NCBI GenBank assembly: GCA_021325135.1
Contig: JAJPHT010000013.1
Span: 1 to 64,000 of the forward strand
DNA: 64,000 nucleotides
Direction of reading: 5' to 3'
Source of the DNA: Pseudomonadota bacterium
GTDB taxonomy: Archaea > Thermoplasmatota > SW-10-69-26 > JACQPN01 > JAJPHT01
In this document: positions 57,763 to 64,000 of the stretch, in pieces
How the letters are laid out: each line of letters starts with the position of its first letter
How positions within the stretch are numbered: position 1 is the first letter of the stretch
Notes under the pieces: model-generated
Databases searched by the model: none
Told to the model about the DNA's origin: nothing
The model's input: only the letters and a program-made list of their open reading frames with translations
Program-made: the position numbers and the translations under genes

Positions 57763-58758
57763 TTGCAGGCCGTGATCCTGGCCGGCGGGTTCGGCACGCG
57801 CCTGAGGCCCCTGACCCTCACCTGCCCCAAGCCGTTGGTGCCCGTCGCCAACGTGCCCATCATCCGGCGCATCGTCGAGAAGCTCCCCGACGACGTGGAC
57901 AAGGTGGTCCTCGCGGTCAACTACAAGCTGGAGCAGCTTCGCGACTACTTCGCGCACAACGACGTGGGGCGCGAGGTCGTCCTCGTCGAGGAGCGGCAGC
58001 CCCTGGGCACCGCGGGCGCCATCAAGAACGTGGAGGCCGAGGTGGACGGCCCCTTCTTCGTGTTCAACGGCGACGTCCTGGACTCGCTGGACCTCGCTTC
58101 CTTCCGCCGCTTCCACGAGAAGCGGGGGGGTCTCGGAACGATCTCGCTCTGGGAGGTCCCCGACCCGCGCCACTTCGGCGTCATGGAGATGGACGGCGAG
58201 CGCATCGTCCGCTTCGTCGAGAAGCCCCAGACCAAGGAGGAGGCCCCCAGCCACCTGGCGAACGCGGGCACCTACCTGCTGGAGCCCGAGGTGTTCGACT
58301 TCATCCCCGCGGGCAAGGCGGTCAGCGTCGAGCGGGAGACGTTCCCCGCCCTCCTCCAGGCCGGCCGCCGCCTCCACGGGTTCCCCTTCGGCGGCTACTG
58401 GGTGGACGCCGGCCGCCCCGACACCTACCTCCACGCCAACGAGACCGTGCTCCACGCCGCCGGCCGCAAGGTGCTCCTGGGGCCCGGCACGACGCACGAG
58501 GCCGCCACCTTCGACGACTGGGCTGTCGTCGGCGCGCGCTGCCGCGTCGGCGCCGGCGCCACCATCGCGCGCTCCGTGCTCCTGGACGGCGTGACCGTGG
58601 GCGCCAGGGCCACCGTCCGCGACTCCATCGTGGGCCCCGGCGCGCGCGTCGGCGACGACGCCGTGCTCGTGGAGTGCGTCGTGGGCGAGGGCGCGGCCAT
58701 CGAGAAGGGGCTCCTCCTCAAGAACGTGAAGGTCGATCCGGCCGCAGATGCGAGTTGA
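57763..58758 (+). CDS. Sugar-1-phosphate nucleotidyltransferase (GDP-mannose pyrophosphorylase-like)
   Basis: LAGGFGTRLRPLT..PKP, GTAG, NGD, EKP; C-terminal hexapeptide repeats. Confidence 0.9.
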   Translation: MQAVILAGGFGTRLRPLTLTCPKPLVPVANVPIIRRIVEKLPDDVDKVVLAVNYKLEQLRDYFAHNDVGREVVLVEERQPLGTAGAIKNVEAEVDGPFFVFNGDVLDSLDLASFRRFHEKRGGLGTISLWEVPDPRHFGVMEMDGERIVRFVEKPQTKEEAPSHLANAGTYLLEPEVFDFIPAGKAVSVERETFPALLQAGRRLHGFPFGGYWVDAGRPDTYLHANETVLHAAGRKVLLGPGTTHEAATFDDWAVVGARCRVGAGATIARSVLLDGVTVGARATVRDSIVGPGARVGDDAVLVECVVGEGAAIEKGLLLKNVKVDPAADAS

Positions 58759-58762
58759 TATC

Positions 58763-60130
58763 ATGGGCAAGCTCTTCGGGACCAACGGCGTGCGCGGCTT
58801 CGCCAACCAGGACATGAACGCGGAGCTGGCGCTCCGATTGGGGCGCAGCCTCGGCTCGTACCTCAAGAAGGGCGACACGGTGCTCGTGGGCCGCGACACG
58901 CGCACCTCGGGCCCCATGCTCGTGGCCGCGCTCTCGGCGGGCCTCCAGGGCGCGGGCGTCCACGTCCACGACGCGGGCGAGGTCACGACGCCGGCCCTCC
59001 AGTACGCGGTCAAGACCAGCAAGGGGCGCTACGCGGCGGGCGCGGTCGTCACGGCCAGCCACAACCCGCCCGAGTTCAACGGCATCAAGTTCATCGACCC
59101 CGACGGCACGGAGATGCGCTCCGACAAGGAGGACGCCATCGAGGCCGTCTTCTTCGGCGACCGGTTCCGCAGCGTCGAGTGGAGCGAGATCGGCCAGGGC
59201 CACTACCAGCCCGGCGTCAACGCCGCCTACGTCGAGGCCATCCTGGGCAAGGTCGACGCGGAGGCCATCCGCCGCGCGAAGCTCACCGTCGTCCTCGACA
59301 CCAGCAACGGCGCGGGGGGCCACACGGCGCCCTACCTGCTGCGCAAGCTGGGCGTCCACGTCATCACGCTCAACGCGCAGCCCGACGGCACGTTCCCCGG
59401 GCACCCCAGCGAGCCCACCCCGGAGAACGTCAAGGACCTCGTGGTCGCGACGCGCGCATTCGGCGCCCACCTGGGCGTCGTGCAGGACGGCGACGCAGAC
59501 CGCTGCGTCTTCGTCGACGAGAAGGGGGGCTACGTGGACGGCAACCGCACGCTGGCCCTCATGGCGGGCTTCGTCGTGGGCCAGAAGCACGGCGGCCTCG
59601 TGGTGACGCCCGTCTCCAGCAGCGGCATCGTCGAGGAGCACGTAAAGGCCCGGGGCGGCAGCGTCGCGTACACGCGCGTGGGCGCTCCCGTCGTCGCGCG
59701 CTACATGCTCGACCACGGCGCGGTCGTGGGCGGCGAGGAGAACGGCGGCATCATCTGGCCCGAGTTCCAGCACTGCCGCGACGCCTCCATGACGCTGGCC
59801 AAGGTGCTGGAGCTTCTCGCGACGTCGGGCAAGCCCTTCAGCGCGCTCCTCGCGGAGCTTCCCAGCGCGGCCGCGGTGAAGAAGAAGGTCGAGTGCCCCA
59901 ACGACCGCAAGCAGAAGGCCCTCGACGCCTTCGCCAAGGCGCACGCCAAGGACCGCGTCGACACCACGGACGGCGTCAAGGTCTACGTCGCCGAAGGGTG
60001 GGTCCTCGTGCGGCCCAGCGGCACCGAGCCCATCTTCCGCGTCTACGCCGAGAGCAAGACCCACGAGCAGGCCGAGGCGCTGGCGACGAAGTCCCTCGCG
60101 GAGATCCGCGAGATCATCCGCACCGCGTGA
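58763..60130 (+). CDS. glmM: Phosphohexomutase (phosphoglucosamine mutase/PMM-PGM)
   Basis: LFGTNGVRG, TASHNP, DGDADR, GEENGG, RPSGTEP. Confidence 0.88.
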   Translation: MGKLFGTNGVRGFANQDMNAELALRLGRSLGSYLKKGDTVLVGRDTRTSGPMLVAALSAGLQGAGVHVHDAGEVTTPALQYAVKTSKGRYAAGAVVTASHNPPEFNGIKFIDPDGTEMRSDKEDAIEAVFFGDRFRSVEWSEIGQGHYQPGVNAAYVEAILGKVDAEAIRRAKLTVVLDTSNGAGGHTAPYLLRKLGVHVITLNAQPDGTFPGHPSEPTPENVKDLVVATRAFGAHLGVVQDGDADRCVFVDEKGGYVDGNRTLALMAGFVVGQKHGGLVVTPVSSSGIVEEHVKARGGSVAYTRVGAPVVARYMLDHGAVVGGEENGGIIWPEFQHCRDASMTLAKVLELLATSGKPFSALLAELPSAAAVKKKVECPNDRKQKALDAFAKAHAKDRVDTTDGVKVYVAEGWVLVRPSGTEPIFRVYAESKTHEQAEALATKSLAEIREIIRTA

Positions 60131-60138
60131 GGGCGCCG

Positions 60139-61095
60139 CTAGCGCCGCCGCGCCAGCGCCGCGAGAAGAAGGACCCCCGCCGCCAGCGGCAGCGCCACGT
60201 CCGGCGTCCGCGCCGCGGGGAGCGGGTACTCGATGGCGCTCACCATGACGAGGCGCAGGCCGTTGTCCACGAGGGGCAGGCTCCAGCGCGCGGCGTAGAC
60301 GTCGCTGCCGCCCGCCTGCGTGGGCGGGTCGAGGGCGAACGTGACGTTGCCTTCCCGGTTGTCCACCTGCGCCTGGCCGCCCCAGTCGAGGTACGCGCGC
60401 TTGCCGTCCTTCTCGGCGTGCGTGGCCATGGTGAGGTTGTCGAGGATCTCCTGCGAGACGGAGGCGCCCGGCGGCGCGACCAGCGAGCCTTCGAGGGCGT
60501 AGAGCGAGCCCACCTGCCGCGGCGGGAGGCTGGGGACCGTGAGGTAGAGAAGGAGGTCCTGCGGCCGGGCCCGCGCGCCCTCGTCGCTCACGTCGCGCCC
60601 CGCGGCCACCATCTCCAGCGTGACGTTGGGGGCCCCGCCCAGCGCGCCGGTCCAGAGCACGTCGTCGACGCCCGTGAGCCCGCCGACGCCCACCTGCCGG
60701 ACGCCCGAGGAGGACCAGCGGTAGTTGACGAAGCGCCACGACTTGAGCACGGTGTCCGTGCCCGGCTCCCACGCGCCGTCCGAGTTCGCGTCGCGGTAGA
60801 GCAGTAGGCGGTCGAGCTGCACGCGCGCGTGGAGGACGCCGCGGTCCGCGACGCTGGCGTCGTCGCGCTCCTCCACGTCGAAGGCCATGCGGCCCGGGTT
60901 GACGCCGTGCGTCACGACGTGGCGAAGGCGGTCCGCGCTGTCAAGGAGCGTGACCTGCGCCGCGGTGCCGTTGAGGGCGACCTCCACGACGCGGTCCCCT
61001 TCGGTGGCCTGCACGAACGCGCGGTCGTGGGGCACGTGCGCGAGGGCCAGGGGCGCGAGGAGGACGAGCGCCAGCGCGAGGGGCGCGGGGCGCAT
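60139..61095 (-). CDS. Secreted protein with C-terminal sorting anchor
   Basis: Signal peptide; DANSDG loop; TP-TM-RRR tail. Confidence 0.7.
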   Translation of the reverse strand: MRPAPLALALVLLAPLALAHVPHDRAFVQATEGDRVVEVALNGTAAQVTLLDSADRLRHVVTHGVNPGRMAFDVEERDDASVADRGVLHARVQLDRLLLYRDANSDGAWEPGTDTVLKSWRFVNYRWSSSGVRQVGVGGLTGVDDVLWTGALGGAPNVTLEMVAAGRDVSDEGARARPQDLLLYLTVPSLPPRQVGSLYALEGSLVAPPGASVSQEILDNLTMATHAEKDGKRAYLDWGGQAQVDNREGNVTFALDPPTQAGGSDVYAARWSLPLVDNGLRLVMVSAIEYPLPAARTPDVALPLAAGVLLLAALARRR

Positions 61096-61096
61096 C

Positions 61097-62515
61097 CTAC
61101 TTCTTTCTCCAGCGCGGCCCGCCGGCGGCGTCCTCGATGACGTAGCCCAATTCCGCAAGGCGGTCGCGGATGCGGTCGCTCTGGGCGAAGTCCTTGCGCT
61201 TGCGCGCCTCCTGGCGAAGCTCCAGCAGGAGGTCGAGCAGGGGCGCCGCGTCGCCGGCCGCCGCGGGCGCCTCGTCGGGGAGCACGTCGAAGACCGCGGC
61301 CACCTGGTGGAACATCGCGAGGCCCTTCTCCAGCGTGGGGCCGTGGGCGTCGCCCGCGTACTTGTTGAGGTCGCTGGTCATGTCGAAGAGGGCCGCCAGC
61401 GCGACGGGCGTGTTGAGGTCGTCGTCCATGGCGGCCTCGAACGCCTTGACGCGCGACTCCAGCGCGCGCAGGAAGGCCGCGTCCTCGGGGCGCTCGTCCT
61501 TGCGCGTCTGCGCCTGGGCGTGCCGCGCGTTGGCGAGCATGTTGGTGAAGCGCTCGATGGTCTTGTCCGCCTGGCCCAGCGCGGCGAGGCTGTAGTCGAT
61601 GGGGCTGCGGTAGTGCGTGCCCGCGAACCAGAGCCTCAACGCCTCGGGCTTCCACTCGGCGAGGGCCGCGTTGAGCGTCGTGAAGTTGCCCAGGCTCTTG
61701 CTCATCTTGACGCCCTCCACGGTGAGGAAGCCCACGTGGAGCCAGTACTTCACGAACGGCTTGCCGTTGGCGCTCTCGCTCTGCGCCAGCTCGTTCTCGT
61801 GGTGCGGGAAGATGAGGTCCCAGCCGCCGCCGTGGACGTCGATGGTCTCGCCCAGGAGCGCCTTCGCCATGACGCTGCACTCGATGTGCCAGCCGGGCCG
61901 GCCGCGCCCCCAGGGGGAATCCCACGAGACGCCCTCGCCGGGCTTCGTGGCCTTCCAGAGGGCGAAGTCCGCGGGGTGGCGCTTCCCCTCGGCCACGTCC
62001 TTGCGGACGCCCTGGAGAAGCTCGTCGCGGTTGAGGTGCGAGAGCTTGCCGTAGTCGGGATCGCTCTCGACGCTGAAGTAGACGCTCTGGCCGTGCTCGT
62101 CCTGGCCGACGTAGGCGTGCCCCTTCCTGATGAGCGTCTGCGTCATCTCGACGATGCCTGCGATGTGCTCGCTCACCTTGGGGTAGGCCTGCGGGGGCTT
62201 GATGCGCAGCTTGGCGAAGGCCTGCGTGGAGAGGTCGTGGATGCGCTGCGCGTACTTCAGCGGCTCCTCGCCCCGCTCGTGGGCGCGGGCCAGGATGCGG
62301 TCGTCCACGTCGGTGATGTTCTGGACGTGCTTCACGCGCAGGCCGCGGTGCTCCAGGTAGCGCTTCATCACGTCGTAGGCGACGTAGGCGCGGGCGTGGC
62401 CGATGTGCGCCTCCTCGTAGGGCGTGAGGCCGCACACGTACATCCGCACCTCGGGGGCGTGGAGCGGGACGAACGGCTCCTTCTTCCCGGTGAGGGTGTT
62501 CGTGACCTGGAGCAT
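61097..62515 (-). CDS. cysS: Cysteine--tRNA ligase (full length)
   Basis: HIGH, KMSKS, GRPGWHIEC, AMDDDLNT and anticodon domain RQEARKRKDFAQSDRIRD..G..IED. Confidence 0.96.
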   Translation of the reverse strand: MLQVTNTLTGKKEPFVPLHAPEVRMYVCGLTPYEEAHIGHARAYVAYDVMKRYLEHRGLRVKHVQNITDVDDRILARAHERGEEPLKYAQRIHDLSTQAFAKLRIKPPQAYPKVSEHIAGIVEMTQTLIRKGHAYVGQDEHGQSVYFSVESDPDYGKLSHLNRDELLQGVRKDVAEGKRHPADFALWKATKPGEGVSWDSPWGRGRPGWHIECSVMAKALLGETIDVHGGGWDLIFPHHENELAQSESANGKPFVKYWLHVGFLTVEGVKMSKSLGNFTTLNAALAEWKPEALRLWFAGTHYRSPIDYSLAALGQADKTIERFTNMLANARHAQAQTRKDERPEDAAFLRALESRVKAFEAAMDDDLNTPVALAALFDMTSDLNKYAGDAHGPTLEKGLAMFHQVAAVFDVLPDEAPAAAGDAAPLLDLLLELRQEARKRKDFAQSDRIRDRLAELGYVIEDAAGGPRWRKK

Positions 62516-62590
62516 GTCCGCCGGGAGCCCGTGGCGCGGGCATCAAGATTTGGAGGGACCGGAACGCTCCACGGATTGCCCCACTCGAAA

Positions 62591-62612
62591 AATGTTGCAT
62601 TAGGGAAACATT
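62591..62612. promoter_or_regulatory. MntR/DtxR-type operator
   Basis: AT-rich palindrome aatgttgcattagggaaacatt about 30 nt upstream of mntH. Confidence 0.7.
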
Positions 62613-62641
62613 CATGGGCCAAGGCGCCTGACACCCCCTGC

Positions 62642-63913
62642 ATGGCGACCCCCGAGGTGACGCTCCCGGCCAGCGGCCGCGAGGGCGCCAAGGCGTCGCT
62701 CTGGCTGCGCCTGCGCCGCGTGCTGCCCTTCCTGGGGCCCGCGTTCCTGGTGAGCGTCGGCTACATGGACCCGGGCAACTGGGCGACCAACATCGCCGCG
62801 GGCAGCTCGTTCGGCTACACCCTGCTCTGGGTGCTGCTGATGTCGAACCTCATGGCGCTCCTGCTCCAGGCGCTCTCCGCCAAGCTGGGCGTCGCCACGG
62901 GCATGACGCTGGCGCGCGCGATCCGCACCCACACCTCGCGCCCCATGAGCGTCTTCCTCTGGCTCACCGCCGAGGCCGCCGCCATGGCGACCGACCTCGC
63001 CGAGTTCCTGGGCGCCGCGCTGGGCATCTACATCCTGCTCAAGGTGCCCCTCTTCATCTCCGCGCTGATCACGGGCGTCCTCGTCTTCCTCATCCTGGGC
63101 CTGCACCGCTTCGGCCACCGCGCGGTGGAGCTCGTCATCATCGCACTGGTCGCGATCGTGGGGCTCGCCTACGTCTACGAGGTCTTCGTCTCCGCGCCCT
63201 CGTGGCCCGACGTGGGGCGCGGCGTCCTCGTGCCCGGCTTCGAGGGCGCGGGCGCCGTGCTGGTCGCCGTGGGCATGCTGGGCGCCACGGTCATGCCGCA
63301 CAACGTCTTCCTGGGCTCGCACGTCGTCCAGGCGCGCCGCGCCGCCCACGACACGCCCGAGGGCAGGCGGCGCCTCTACAAGTTCGCCCTCTTCGACCTC
63401 GCCGTGGCGCTCAACATCGCGTGGCTCATCAACAGCGCCATGGTCATCATGAGCGCGGCCGCGTTCGGGGGGCACGGCGTCAGCGAGCTGCAGGACGCGC
63501 ACGTGACGCTGGGCCTCCTCTTCGGCGGCGCCTCCGCCGTGGCCTTCGCCCTCGCGCTCATCTCCGCGGGCCTCTCCTCCAGCGTCACCGGCACCCTGGC
63601 TGGGCAGAGCATCATGGAGGGCTTCATCGGCTACCGCATGTGGCTCTGGGCCCGCCGCGCCATCACCATGGTGCCCGCGCTCGTCGCCATCTGGTTCGCG
63701 GGCGGCCAGGCGCTCATCATCCTCATCTGGAGCCAGGTCGTCCTCTCGCTCCAGCTCCCCTTCACCATCATCCCGCTCATCTGGCTCACGAGCCGCAGGA
63801 AGGTCATGGGCGAGTTCGCGAACAAGCCGTGGGTCACCGCGGTGGCGTGCCTCGTGGCCGCGGTCATCCTGGTGTTCAACGTCTACCTGCTCTACTCCCT
63901 CTGGGCCGGCTGA
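62642..63913 (+). CDS. mntH: Nramp Mn2+/Fe2+ transporter
   Basis: YMDPGNW, GATVMPHN, GTLAGQ..MEGF. Confidence 0.95.
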   Translation: MATPEVTLPASGREGAKASLWLRLRRVLPFLGPAFLVSVGYMDPGNWATNIAAGSSFGYTLLWVLLMSNLMALLLQALSAKLGVATGMTLARAIRTHTSRPMSVFLWLTAEAAAMATDLAEFLGAALGIYILLKVPLFISALITGVLVFLILGLHRFGHRAVELVIIALVAIVGLAYVYEVFVSAPSWPDVGRGVLVPGFEGAGAVLVAVGMLGATVMPHNVFLGSHVVQARRAAHDTPEGRRRLYKFALFDLAVALNIAWLINSAMVIMSAAAFGGHGVSELQDAHVTLGLLFGGASAVAFALALISAGLSSSVTGTLAGQSIMEGFIGYRMWLWARRAITMVPALVAIWFAGGQALIILIWSQVVLSLQLPFTIIPLIWLTSRRKVMGEFANKPWVTAVACLVAAVILVFNVYLLYSLWAG

Positions 63914-64000
63914 CGCCGGCGATGGCTCCAAGCTCCCCTCCCGCCCTTCGCCCCGCATGCGCTCCCCTGGACGCGTTGCCCTGGGCCTCGCCGGGCTCCT

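Noticed and set aside
60887-63913. 1008-aa ORF as a giant Nramp fusion
   Set aside because: The N-terminal part is the antisense frame of cysS; mntH starts at ATG 62642 after its operator

Overview
This is a very GC-rich, gene-dense chromosomal segment from an archaeon. The evidence is a proteasome alpha subunit, an archaellin, A-type ATPase subunit D, and TATA-type promoters with near-leaderless starts. It is most likely an uncultured high-GC Thermoplasmatota lineage (inference). Housekeeping and metabolic genes include aceBA (glyoxylate shunt), a ctaA-ctaB fusion, purB, fixCX, cysS, an NDP-sugar pyrophosphorylase with a glmM-like mutase, and mntH. Many secreted, membrane and small Cys-rich genes lie between them. 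Best candidate for an undescribed system (39402-42169): an operon of a 59-aa Cys4 protein, a tandem GNAT, a second CysRS paralog that keeps the catalytic core but lacks the anticodon-reading C-terminal domain, and a DUF2721-like membrane protein. The GNAT plus truncated CysRS recall MshD/MshC chemistry, suggesting tRNA-independent cysteinylation and possibly an unknown archaeal thiol. Other notable items: an ArsR regulator with a 22-aa triple-CC micropeptide; a 38-aa HxxxCxxC micro-ORF sharing an operator with aceBA; an HTH-FHA regulator paired with a polytopic Ser/Thr kinase; tandem TFE-like winged-helix paralogs; several unrelated palindromic or miniature repeat families; and a lower-GC two-gene islet. 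I recognised no rRNA, tRNA, CRISPR array or transposase. All assignments come from reading motifs by eye; no database searches were run.
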